The notes beneath the pieces were generated by a model that ran no database searches, was not told the origin of the DNA, and saw only the letters and a list, made by a program, of their open reading frames with translations. Below, in pieces: positions 1-14,117 of a stretch of 64,000 bases of DNA. Each line of letters starts with the position of its first letter. Position 1 is the stretch's first letter. The translations under genes and the position numbers were made by a program. Source of the stretch: the human T2T-CHM13v2.0 reference genome, Homo sapiens; the NCBI RefSeq assembly GCF_009914755.1, contig NC_060944.1; one strand, 5' to 3'.

Positions 1-764
1 TGTTTAGTTTTGTACCTTTTGAAAAGCCACTGGAGCTTTTTGAACAGAGCTGTGATAGGATTTCTGCAGTGCCTTAGGGAATTTCATGTTTGGTTTGGGA
101 CTGAGACATTGAAGGAGGGAGCCCTGCCCTGGTTCAGGCAAGAGGAGGGAGGGGCCTGATTTGGGAGCTGGTGCCAAGAGAGAATTCGAAGATGCTAAAC
201 AGAAAATGGAAATGGATGGAGCAAGTTCCCAAGGAAATCATGAGGGGAGGAACCGGAAGCCCAACTTTAGAGCATGTCCATTGGCATATTCCTTCCTCAT
301 TCCCTAGAAAAGCCACATTCAGGGAAACAGCCTTTCTTCTCCTAGGTTGAACATCTTGGGAATGTGTCTTGTTTCAAAGCATGTTTTTTCATCTTTATAT
401 ATAATACAGGATTTTCTGGCTTTGATTCTTTTTAAGGTGTTTCTAAAATTATTGTTACCATGCTCATAGTTCAAGGATTGTATATCTGCACCTTCTGGAA
501 TCAAGCCTTGCCTGTGTCTTGAAGTCACATGCCCAAGTGGCTGTGCCATCTAGAGACTCTGGCTTTGCCCCTCCAGCCTTCCAGAGCACCTTTAGTCCTC
601 CTCAGACCCCTCTTTCCTTGCTGCTCTAATTAAGAGAGTAGCAGGACTTTTTTTTTATAACATTTCAAACATACATATATTCAGTGATAGGACGGACCCA
701 CTAATCCCATGCCCACAACCCAAATTCACATATGTTGTTACCATTGCACCATATTTGTTTCAGA

Positions 765-920
765 CCCCCTCCTCCTCATCTTCCTCCTTTCCCCCATCTT
801 CGTACCCCCCTCCCTTCCCTCTCCTTCTTTCCTCCCCCCACTTCACCCACCTTCTCTCTCTTCTGCTCTTTCTCTCTTTTCCCTCTTCTCCTCAAACTTC
901 CTTCCCTCCCCCCTTTCCCT
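765..920 (+). repeat. CT-rich polypyrimidine low-complexity tract
   Basis: Almost purely C/T for about 155 bp. Confidence 0.9.
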
Positions 921-1041
921 TAGAGGGAAGAAATAAATTATTACAAACATAGATACAGCCCCCCGTATGCCTTTCACAGATTTCATGCCCCTTTTCAAAG
1001 ATAACCTAGATCTATTCCTTCTTTGCTGATGAATGTAGATC

Positions 1042-1352
1042 TTTTTTGTTTGTTTTTTCGAGACGGAGTCTTGTTCTGTTGCTCAGGCTGGAGTGCAGTG
1101 GTGCAATCTCGGCTCGCTGCCACCAGGGCTCACTGCCTCCTGGGTTCAAGCAATTCTCCTGCCTCAGCCTCCCAAGTAGCTGGGACTACAGGCATGTGCC
1201 ACCATGCCCGGCTGATTTTTTTGTATTTTTAGTAGAGACAGGGTTTCACCGTGTTGGCCAGGCTGATCTCAAACTCCTGACCTCGGGTGATCCGCGCCCC
1301 CATCAGCCTCCCAAAGTTCTGGGATTGCAGATATGAGCCACCACGCCCAGCC
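1042..1352 (-). mobile_element. AluS
   Basis: Full-length reverse Alu. TSD gatgaa(t/c)gtagatctt at 1028-1043 and 1353-1368. Confidence 0.95.
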
Positions 1353-1759
1353 GATGAACGTAGATCTTAAGAAAGATACTGTTTGGGTTTTATTGTCCCT
1401 TTGAGTTAGCACTGTCTTGTAACAACATTATTTCCCATGCTTGTTCACTGCAAGTACATCACATTCAGGCATTTTAAGGGTGAAATAAGTGTTGATCGAC
1501 TGTCCTTTGCTATCTAATATTTTTTTAAATGATATTGTTTATATTAGAAAACATGGTCCAAGTCCCAAACAACCAATCTACTCAATTTTTCCAATAATGG
1601 GAGGGGGTGCTGTCCAGCTAATATCTAATGAATCAAATTATATTCTGTTTCCCCTAATAGATCTTTGTTCCTTTTTAAATCATTCTGATCTCATTTTAGT
1701 GACAATCATAAAAAGTACCAATAGATTAATGACAAAATCTATCCTTAAAAATGGAAATA

Positions 1760-2053
1760 GGCTGGACGCGGTGGCTTACGCCTGTAATCCCAGCACTTTG
1801 GGAGGCCGAGGTGGGCGGATCACAAGGTCAGGAGATCGAGACCATCTTGGCTAACACGGTGAAACCCCGTCTCTACTAAAAATACAAAAAATTAGCCGGG
1901 TGTGCTGGCGGGCGCCTGTAGTCCCAGCTACTTAGGAGGCTGAGGCAGGAGAATGGCCTGAACCCAGGAGGCGGAGCTTGCGGTGACCGAGATTGCGCCA
2001 CTGCACTCCAGCCTGGGGGACAGAGCGAGACTCCATCTCAAAAAAAAAAAAAA
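1760..2053 (+). mobile_element. AluY-like
   Basis: Diagnostic gagatcgagaccatc, gctaacacggtg and gcggagcttg. TSD aaaatggaa(a)ta. Confidence 0.92.
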
Positions 2054-3383
2054 TGGAATAAACAGGTAATTTCTCATCCAGTTAGGTTGTGACTGAAGAA
2101 ATGCACAGCCCCAAAGAATATTACCAAAATGATGCAGGCGGGGCAAGCCTTGTGAACTGAAGGACAAAATGCTTTTGTGAGTCCTAGAACTGTTTTGGTT
2201 TGCATGTCATACTTTTCCGATTAGTGAAATCAAGTGTCTTTGAGTTGTTTCTGTGTATTGAAACCATCTACACATTTGGTAAATACTACGGGTTAAATCT
2301 TTCTCTTTAGATAAAATCTTCAAAGTAAGTGATTTTCAAAATTTAAAAAAGCTCTACTAGAAACTACTTGGTTAAGAGTCTAATGAAGCTCAGAAATATT
2401 TACTTTGATCTCTTGGGTAAATGGCTAATTAAAAAGCCGCATGTAAATGATGTTTCCCTGTGAGTCCCTGTGCTGTCAGCCCGAGTCAATCCCTTCTCTT
2501 GAGTAAATACATCATCAAAGCCGCAGAAACTCAGATTATGTTCCCTGGAGACCAGATAAGGTCTGCAGTGCCCACATAACCTATTAGGCAATTACATAAT
2601 TGAGCTGCCTGCTTTTAAATTGGAAAAATTTGTAATTACTTTTTGTGGAAAAAAAATGAGTTGGGTGCTTCATTAAAATACAAGATGCCTTAATATTACT
2701 TTTCTCCCAAGTGATACCTGTTTCTGCCCTGGAGAACTTTATCACAGCAGAGCAATATGCTGGTGACACTCATAGAGTAGATCGGGGTCCTGCCCCCACC
2801 ATACACACAGACCAGTTTTATTCACCAGGAAGATGCTTTCCCCAAATGCTGGACTGTTTTCTTGTTCTTATCTCCTGAATACTCATTTGCTGGGTCATAT
2901 GAATATCTTCTCATTTAAAAAAAAAATTGCTACACAGGTAAAATCCCTTCATTCCCTTTAACGTAGAACTTAAGTGTTGATGCTTGCATTTCTCTTTAAA
3001 CACCAAGAAATTACTTCCAGTGTCCAAGAGGAATACTCTTGAACCTTGAGGAAGAGTCAGTTAAATCTGCATATTAGGGGAAAATATCATCTGCTGTCCA
3101 CATCCATTATTTTTAATTCTCTTGCTTTTCTGTGTCTGTGTTAGTAGCACTGGTTTGCATATAGAAGGGAATTTAATTTTATCAGATGCATTTACATTCA
3201 TTTTCTCTCTGTATTGGTACCACTGATAGCAGAAATTGGATTTCTTTAGAGCGAGCATATGTTTTCTTTTAAAAACAAGCATTAAAAATCTTGAAATAGT
3301 AAGATAAAAAGAAAACTGGCCATTTTCCTACTATTCTACTATTTATATATAACCCTGTTAACATTATGGTGTATGTTTTTTTA

Positions 3384-3727
<344 letters not shown>

Positions 3728-3899
3728 TTACCCCCATTTGCTGCAAAGTGAACTCTTTCATACCATTACATGTTCTATTTACATCATTTCAAATGGCTTT
3801 ACAGAGGTCCCCTGTCCACTGTCACTTCAGTCATTTACCTGTTGTTCAACATTTGTTTCTAATTTTTCCTCTAGTAAAAAAGTTTCAAAGAATATCTGT

Positions 3900-4420
3900 G
3901 CAATTCAGATTTTACAAATATCTGTAATATTTTCTTAGAACGAATTCCTAGATATAGAATTAGTAGGTCAAAAGGTGGGTATATCTTTCAGGCTTTTGCT
4001 ATGCATGGCCAGATCTCACTCTGGAAGGGTCATCAGAGTTACCAGTAATGGATGAAAATAACATTTCTCTGAGTTCTTTATGAAACTAGATACTATCAGC
4101 TTTTTTTTTTTTAGGGGCAGCAATTTGAGAGATGAAAATGACATCCAATTTTTTTTGTTAATTTGACCTTTTTATTACAATTGAGGTCAAACTTTTCTCT
4201 ACCTATTTATTAGCTATTTGTATTTCTTTTTTCATAATTTGCCAGCTCATGTTCTTTGCTCATTTTTGTATTAGGTTAGTAATATTATTTCTTATTGACT
4301 TGCAAAAACTTTTTAAATATAAATTTGGACATTTTGTTGCAATCTTTTTAGCAGTTTAATTTTTGTCTTTTAATTTTCTTAATGGTGTTTTGGATACAAT
4401 GTCTTTTCTATTAATGTCTT
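3900..4420 (-). mobile_element. Old L1 (L1M-type) fragment
   Basis: Degenerate antisense L1 3' ORF2-like sequence. Confidence 0.5.
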
Positions 4421-5113
4421 ACATCTGTCTGTTTATACATTTGAATATCACAACCGTAAGTTTTTGGATATAATTTAAGAGTCAGCTTAGATGATTCTTG
4501 GGGTTCTAGATAGAGCAAGATTAATATTTAAACTGAACATGGAGGAAAATTCTAGTAGAACTGGGCTAATAAAGGAATAGTACTGTAGGTGTAACTCATA
4601 GAACGATTTATCTGCCATAATGTCTGAAATATGGAGGTGTCAACATCAGTCATTCCACAAATAGTTTGTGCCCTGGCATTTAATTTCCAAGTCCTTTCTC
4701 CTGGCTCCTGGGGAGGCTGAAAAGTGAGGGGGTGGTTTGTTCGTACTGACTTAGCCTTCAGACTGCTGAGACCAATGGAACAATCTCTAGTTTTCTCTTC
4801 TGGCCTCCGAAAAGAGAGCCTTTATTAATAACAGGTAAGTTGAAACCCAAGCATAGTTCAATCATAAGCACTATCAGAAAGCCTGTGGTAAAATTGTTGT
4901 CTAATGGCATTTTTTTCAGAGAATTAGCTCCAATTTGCAGAACCCATTTAGTCCCAGCATGAGATGTAATAAAGCAACCTGTTAACTGTTCTCTGAGCTT
5001 CTCTCTGTGTTAGTGTCATCAGTCTCAGACTGCAAACTCCTTCAGATTGGAGGTTTCCTTAGAAATACACTTTTCTGGAACATCTGCAAACAGTACATCT
5101 TGAGAATGTGTTA

Positions 5114-5470
<357 letters not shown>

Positions 5471-5638
5471 CTATCCTTGTCTGAGACTAACTTTTGTCTT
5501 CGTCCCTGCTTATCATCTTTGAGAAATTATCTGTGGAATTATCTTAAAAGATGTGTTCTTTTATAAACATTTCTATCAAAAAAGTAACAGAAATCCTGGA
5601 GATAAGTATTGAGTAGTGAAGATAAATGGGATAAAATA

Positions 5639-5979
5639 CAGATAGTCCCTGACTTCCAACTTACAATGGTTCAACTTACAATTTTTTGATTTTACAGTGG
5701 TGTGAAAGTGTTAGGCATTCAGTGGAAACCATACTACAAGTAGTACAGTATCCAATAAATTACATGTGAAAATCAACATTTTATTATAAAATAGGCTTAG
5801 TGTTAAATGATTTTACTCATTTGTAAGCTAATGTAAGTGTTCTGAGCAGTTTAAGGTAGGCAAAGCTTAACTATGATGTTCAGTAGGTTAGGTGTGTTAA
5901 ATACATTTCTGACTTACAATTTTTTCAATTTGTGGGTTTATTGGATGTAACTCCCTTCATAAATTGAAGGAGCGTCTGT
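5639..5979 (-). mobile_element. MER47/Tigger5-family DNA transposon (TcMar-Tigger)
   Basis: TA-flanked cagatagtccctgactt terminus and a degenerate inverted end. Internal gctaatgtaagtgttctgagca...aggtaggc matches the MER47 consensus from memory. Confidence 0.75.
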
Positions 5980-6562
5980 GTACAAAGTAAATTGAACTAG
6001 CAGTGCAGTATGCCCACCACATTATTTACCTCACCGTGGAAAAGAGGGCTCAGTGCAGAACTGTTGGCAATGGCAGTATTCTTGTCAAGCCTACAAGGAC
6101 TCATTAGAAAGGTGTTTGTAGTAGATTCCAGAAGCAGGTGCAGTGCAGTGGTCTGTGTAGGCAGTTGGGATGGGGGCAGTGATGGGAACCAGCCTTGGCC
6201 TGGCCTTCAAGGGCAGGACCCTACCCCTAGACTGCAGAAATGGGAATACTGAGCAAGTCATCCCAACAGAGTTATCACAGTGGAGTGAAATCTAGGGACT
6301 AGTTTCTAGAAATAGAGGAAAAGCCCCTGGTCACTAGAACTGCACCACAGAAAGGTCCTGGCTGCAAGGCTAACTTGACACCAAGTTCTTTGGCCAAGGG
6401 GACTAGAACTCCTTAAATCCCCCAATCAGCTACTCCAGCTCCTCAGGTAGGCCATGGGTCCAGGTCAGCCAGTACTAGGGAGGGAAGAAGGCAAGAACTC
6501 TGCAGGGAAGTCAGGACTAAAGGCAGTTGCCTTGAAGCGTCTGAAATGCCAAACATGCAAGA

Positions 6563-6640
6563 CCAGACCTTCCATCCAGACCTTCTGTCCGGGCCTTCTT
6601 ACCGGGCCTTCCGTCCGGGCCTTCCGACCGGACCTTCCAT
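6563..6640 (+). repeat. 13-bp minisatellite, 6 copies (ccRgRccttcYNW)
   Basis: ccagaccttccat, ccagaccttctgt, ccgggccttctta, ccgggccttccgt, ccgggccttccga, ccggaccttccat. Confidence 0.95.
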
Positions 6641-7872
6641 GCTCTGACTCTCCCTGTCGGAGTGTCTTCACCTTGTTTCATGTTAATCACAAGGAAGGTT
6701 GTTTTTTCCACCTTGTTCACTGGATAGTTACATTGTTAACACTTCACTCTTGGCTAATGATGACCTGTGAACATTTGTCCACTTCTGCTCTTTATATTAA
6801 TTTTAAACTGTCATGTGCATTTTCCCACAATTGGGTTGAACACTACCCAGTATTTACTGTCATTGTCAGCTACCTGTGGGTCACCACCACCACCGAGGTT
6901 TCCTCTCCAGCTACCTAAGGAAATCGCCACCTGTCAATAGGAAATGAGAGAAACATACACTCTGGCAGCGGGATAATGTGACCAATGGTTATCTACTAAA
7001 AGTTTAACTCTTATTACCAGCATATTTGTATTTCTTAGGGGAAAGTACTGACCTGAAAATCAAAAGACTTGGCTACTAACCCCAGTCCTGTGAATTGCCC
7101 CTTTTTCTCCACCTCTAAGGTTGGCTCTGATAAAAACCTGTGTCCTCCTCCTTGCTCAGGACACATGAGGCATTTAAGTAAGACAATGCCTTTGAAAAAA
7201 GATAGGCAGTGTGGTGGGTGAGTTTCCCCAGATCCCCAGACGACTTACAGGCAAAGTGCAGACCATCTTAGTACTTGATTGAAGATTGGGATTTAGAATA
7301 AGGGCAGTTATCTTTCTTCTCAGTGCATCCTCTTCAGCCACAAATTTTTCTGCAATCTTCCTGTTTAGGGGAAATTCATGGGTCATTTTTAGGAGGGTGG
7401 GGATATGGCAAGGTCACATCTTTCCGGATCTTTTTCTCAGTTGAAAGTAATTCTGTCTGACATGCCTAGAAAATAGGATTCATGTAATCAAAGAATAAAT
7501 TTTTCCTTCAGAAAGGAGGTCTGAGGCTCTACCTTTTGTATATATCGAAGGGAGGATAAACCTGCCCAGATTAACAGAGGTGGTCACGTTTCATATACAT
7601 ACTTAACAAGCAGAAGAATATTTCTGCATTACATAAGATTCAGCCCTCAAAAAGTGTATTATTGTGAGGGTAACTTGTAAAGAATTAGATTATAGTAGAA
7701 AATAACCAGGTGTTTTTTTTCTTGACATTTTAATTTCATTTAAATGTGGGAAACAGATTAAATCCTAAGTAAAGCTTAACTTAAAATTATATTTGAAGGC
7801 TATCTTTGAGACCAAGAGGAATGTGGCTACAGTTTGTTTTTATTTCTTTGTGCTTTTTTTGAAACACTGTAG

Positions 7873-8038
7873 GCAACAGCATTATTGAGAAAAGCCCTTA
7901 CAGAAGAGTGTGGCCGTAGGTCAGCTATTCACAGTAGTGAATCATCTTGCAGCTTGCCATCTATTCTGAATGACAATAGTGGAATAAAGGAAGCCAAACC
8001 TGCTGTATGGCTCAACAGTGTTCCTACAAGGGAACAAG
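7873..8038 (+). CDS. KIZ: KIZ coding exon (166 nt, phase 0 to 1), ATALLRKALTEECGRRSAIHSSESSCSLPSILNDNSGIKEAKPAVWLNSVPTREQ
   Basis: Pyrimidine tract and tag acceptor at 7870-7872, donor gtaact at 8039. Open frame that joins the next exon in frame. Peptide recognised from memory as kizuna. Confidence 0.9.
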
Positions 8039-8920
8039 GTAACTATTGTTAAAGTGTGTGTCCACAGCAAAAAGGCATTCAGGGTCATCATCATCTTTCT
8101 CAAGGTACACCTATAGAATATCACTGACTAGTGAATACCTCTGATTTTAATATGCATAATATAGTATTTGTTTTATACCACCTTCCAATAAATATATATG
8201 TTCTCCTTTAGTCTAACAGGAATGGGAAATCTAACTGTAAGTCTGTAGTTCTAGTGAATTTATTTCTAATAAAATAAGTATGAAGAAGTTACGAAATCTT
8301 AACAAAACTAATCGCTTGGCAGTAGATAATTTTGATCCCTCAAAGATGAAGATGATTCCATAAAGTACTGTGAAGTTTTTGATATCACCTAATAGAATTT
8401 TCTCATAATTGTAAACATTACTTTTAATTATAATAGAACCTTATCAGTGTCTAAACAGTTGATTAAGAATCAATGAATTTATGCTCCCCAAATTTAATAA
8501 CCCATTTTGAGCACCCAGAAACTGTGATTATTTAAGCATTACTGCTAAGACATGCCATTTAACTGCTTTAATGGTTTTCCAAGACAGCTATGAATTCCTC
8601 AGGAATTGCTCGAGTTGATGTACATGTGCAGGATGTGAGACTCACTTATTTTATGTCCCACCTAAATTTGATAGATGTCAGGCCCAGTTATTTTGCGTGA
8701 AAGCAGCATAGTGGTACCTTAATTCAATTTTATTTTTAAATTTTTGTCTATGAGATACCTTAATTTTAGAATAGGTTTCCTTTTAGGAACAGTATTGTTT
8801 CAGACAAGAAATACATTAACCAAAAAAAAAAAAAGTGAACATAAAGGGAAGGACAAACACCCAAAGGATCTATTCCTTAACTTTGAAATACTTTTTTTTT
8901 ATTATGCATTCAATTTTTAG

Positions 8921-8986
8921 AAGTTTCAAGTGGCTGTGGAGACAAGAGCAAGAAAGAAAATGTGGCTGCAGATATCCCAATCACAG
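8921..8986 (+). CDS. KIZ: KIZ coding exon (66 nt, phase 1 to 1), EVSSGCGDKSKKENVAADIPIT
   Basis: tttttag acceptor, AG|gtaaag donor, in frame with the flanking exons. Confidence 0.9.
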
Positions 8987-11900
8987 GTAAAGCTATGGTT
9001 GCCTAAGAGTTTCAGACACAAGATTTAGCATTATTATATAAGCGGAACATTTTGGGTCAGTGGTTTGTGGACCCCACTAAGAGCACATGTATTCAGCTAC
9101 TGCATGCTGGAGCAGGAGATTAATCCTAAGAGCAGAACATATATACTTATGTTAACATAAACTAAGGTGGAAAATCACCGTGTCTATTGAATTCTTCATC
9201 ACCATGTTATATATTTACACCTGTAACATCCTCCATCATGTGCCCTTTCAGCACCTGCGTCTCTGTAAAAAGGTCCATCTCCCTGGGGAACACCCGGTCA
9301 TTACACAGCAAACTATAGATGTTTCTGATTTTACTGTTTTCTTTCCTGTAGTAATTGCATATGTATATTAAAATAAGCAGATAATAAAAAAATGTCAGAT
9401 AGGAAGCTTGCGTTTGCCTCAGTTACAAAGCCTGTCTGATAATTTAAAAATTGTACCAATCGGGCTTCATCAAGACCTATTAAGATTTCTGCACATGTAT
9501 TAGGCTTGTTTAGGTGGAATCTGAACGATATCATTATTTTTTTCTTTTTAGAATAAGAACAGCAGCAATTAGTATTCTGTACAGAGTTCTACTTGTCATA
9601 CATCTGAATTTACTAGTACCTTATTTTGTGAAGTGGTGTACTACTTCATTATAAATTCAAAGGTCTGACTTTAAATATTTACACAAGTAAATACACCATT
9701 GCACCAAGGTACTGAGGCATGCATCTGCATATGTGGTAGTTTTGTTGTTTATAAGCAGAAAAGAATGGCTTGCTTTTATGGCAGTGCAGTTCCTGGCATG
9801 ATTAATTTTTTAAACTCATGTTTCTGTGATGAACTCTGGTTTTGAAAAAGCAGTTTATGGTAGAGCAGTTATTGTATATATTATGCATTCAGATAATATT
9901 TCACTCTAAAATGCAGAGTTTTTTTATTTTAAACATTTTCACCAATGATATGTTTATTGTGTTTTTAGTCTGCATTTTCTGCAAACTCTGGTATGGCTCC
10001 CTGCTATTTTTATTAATAGAAATGTAGATGATCCCAAACTACAGATAACCATGAAGTCATTTGGATACTTTTCTCTTGCATTTACTTTTGGATGCAGAAG
10101 TATCTAATGGCCTCTGAATTTATTTCAATTAAAATTACAAAGGATTATTGAGGAGAAACCAGGAAATGACCTTGTTCATTCATTCTTCTCTTTTCAGTAT
10201 TCTTTACAATCATCCCTTGCTGGGAGTAGTTGACTCTCCCCAAAGTTAATGCAAATGTATTTTCTCATATACTTTCTTTATAAGAAAACGGATAATTAAG
10301 TACCAGGGTTTCAAATCCCTTCTCATGCAGAAGTGCAATATGGCTAGAAGCAACTTGGGCTGTTTGCCATTAAGATTTTAAAAGAAATTGTAATTCCAGC
10401 AACCTGCCATTGATCCATCAATAGTTGGCAGTTAAAAAAAATGCCTTGTGCCAGAATATTAGACATTAAAAAAAGTACTTTGGAAATTTTTTAAAAACTT
10501 AGCAAAGCCATACACATTGTTAAGGTGTTACTGTTCTGTCCTTGCCAGTGTACTATCCCCACCCAGGGACCTCCCATGAAATTCATGTTTGAGAGCTTCA
10601 CGCACCTTGGCACTACTAATACTGTTGCTTTGTCCATCATTGCAGCTACTTTGATCTCTAAGTTCTTGACCATCATCCCTTTATTAAATGTTTGTGACTT
10701 TGGCATAACTATTTGGAGATTTCACTTTTGGTAGAGTAAAGCAAGTATGTAGTTTAATTTAAGACAGAGTCTGTCTGCCTCTTTATAATAGTTCTGTTGG
10801 GGTGTCCTGTTTGTGTGGGTGCATGCTGGTTGTGTTTGTGTGGGCTGCATTCCTTCTAGAATATTCCAAAGAAAATATTCCAGAGGCTGTCCCCTGAAGG
10901 TTGAGGAAATGTAGCAGTTGGGCTGGGGCTTTGCAACCAGCCATCAGTGTCAGCTCTTTTACTCCTTGCTCTGTTTCTCTACCCTCTCTGAGCCTCTGTA
11001 TTGGGAAAGCAGACATACTGCCCAATAGGATTGTCTTAAAGTTTAAATGAAATCATTTGTGAAAGTGCCAAGCAGATACTAGACACTCAATTTTATCTGT
11101 GAAGTATAATAATATTCATGTGAACATTATTAGTGTTCCTGGTCTTCTGTGTGGGCCCCCACAGTCCCCAGCATTTCCAAACCAGCTATGAGGAGCCTCA
11201 CAAAGCAAACTCAAAGAAGAACATAAGTAGAGAGAATGAGGATGCAGCATCACAGAAAGTGCCATTGTGAGACGAGCCCCTGGAAGAGTGGACACTTTCA
11301 GTCTGTTCTGGTGGACCTGCATACCTTCCTTGAGTTGTGGTGGCCACTTGGGACCAAGACCCACACAAGCACAGTACTGCTGCAATACCTGCAAGACAGT
11401 GCTTCCCAATAGTACTGCTATGTTAGTTTCTGCAAGAAATTGCCACTTGAGAACACAATTGAGATTCAAATCCAGGATAGTTACCTTATCAAAAAGGAAT
11501 CTCAAGAAGAGTTTGATGATACTTTTCCAATTTCCACTTAGTCCCATGAGGACATCCACAGAGAAAAATCCGAAACAGCTGCTGAAGTACTCCTGAAGAT
11601 CTCATTGGTCAAGGCCCAGACATCTCTGTCTCGGGGTGCCTATGTGCCCTTAGTAACCCTATGTGCTCACAATGGATGATGTTGCAGGGTACCTGATTAC
11701 CAGGCAGCAGACCTCCCCTGATGTGTGTGCTGCCCCACAAGTATTGATGAGCTAATGCAGCATTTTCCAAAATGTGTTATTTGCAATGCTCCACCCAGAA
11801 AATACATCAATTAATACATATTTTGTTGCCCAGCCCTGTGTGATCCTTCTCTCTCTCTGCAGTATGCATAATGCATAGAAGCATAGTGAAGACTTGGAAA

Positions 11901-12650
11901 AGACTTTCAGCAAAGGAATTGTTTAAAAATGTGAGCCTAGAGTTTCAGATAACTTATCATTTATTTGAAAATGGAATTCTTTCTGTTAATAGCCAACAGA
12001 ATTAATGTTCTGTGGAACATACTTTGTGAAACATACACACATGTATGTGGAACACTTTTAAAGCAGTGAGTCCAATGTGGGCACCAGTTTCCTCAATATG
12101 CTAAAATTATCTTCAGCATTTTTCTGTGATTTCATTTTGTGGGGAGCTCCCTTGTGCGTGAGATTGCTTTATAATGAGATTTTGGGCTACCTTAGTGTAA
12201 CTACACCCAGATGTTATGACTGACAGCTGCTTGTTACAGCTGTTCCTTGAATTGACAGTAAGGTTACAATAGTAATTTTAGGCGCCCAGAAGTGCTATTC
12301 TTCAGTGTGGGATCCTTCTGTGCGTCTTTATTTGCTTTTCAGCCATTTCAGAAGAAGTATAAGAGAAGACGTGGCTGAGGTGAAATCTGGGAAGTCACAA
12401 GAGGTTGGGGGTGGGAAGCTGTGAAGTCATACCTTTATCAGAATGAGGGGGTCCTGGGGATGTTTAACCTGAGAAGGGCACAGTAGCTCTTTAAATATTT
12501 GAGGAGCTGCCATATACCAGGTAGAATATTTATCGAGCTTAATTATAGAGCGTAGCTCAGTAACAAAACAACTTTCTAGCTCTTCATTTCAGCAAAACCA
12601 AGTTCAGTATCTTCCAGGGGTGAGTGCTTGAACCATGGCAGGAACCATGA

Positions 12651-13007
<357 letters not shown>

Positions 13008-13609
13008 TGACATTCCTTCTAATGCCAAGGGACTGTGCTTCTTCCTCTATGCTAATGGAATCCAGTGTGCCAGCATTCTCATCTCTTCATTTCCCTTTCT
13101 CATTTGCTTATCACCACAAAACGGAGGTCTTCTTGGCTGGGGCTCCTCCTTAAAGAGTCTGCTATCACTTTGAAGGCATCTGCTTTGCTAATCGTTATTA
13201 TGGAGCATGCGAGTTTTCTGTGTTTAGATTTACATAGAAACCCTCCTGGGCACACACTGATGCCCCACCCACAAACACAGAGTCAGTATTCCATAGCCTG
13301 TATGATCTGTTGTTGTGAATATAATCTACCCCTTTTATTAGTCTAGTTGTTGTTCACTAAAGAATCCAGGTGGAAATCAAAGATGAATTTTTATATCTAT
13401 AAATGTATGGTTTTCTGTATATAATAAGTAGTATATAATTAGATGTATTGATACAATATATATTAGTTATATATTATATATCATATATCATTATAGATGA
13501 TTATATATAAAATCCTTAATTATATTAGTTAATAAAATTAATATTTTTACGTGGGCTGAATCCTGGGATACCAGAAACCACAAAAGATGGTATCCCTGCC
13601 CTCACTAAG

Positions 13610-14117
<508 letters not shown>

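Noticed and set aside
1023-1336. Numerous ORFs with LECSG, PASAS or WDYR motifs
   Set aside because: Standard Alu-derived translations.
6563-6640. Repeat array considered as CRISPR-like
   Set aside because: Head-to-tail units with no unique spacers, in primate DNA.
11116-11596. 147-aa and 109-aa opposing ORFs
   Set aside because: No recognisable domain or retrocopy hallmarks, and no coding evidence from sequence alone.
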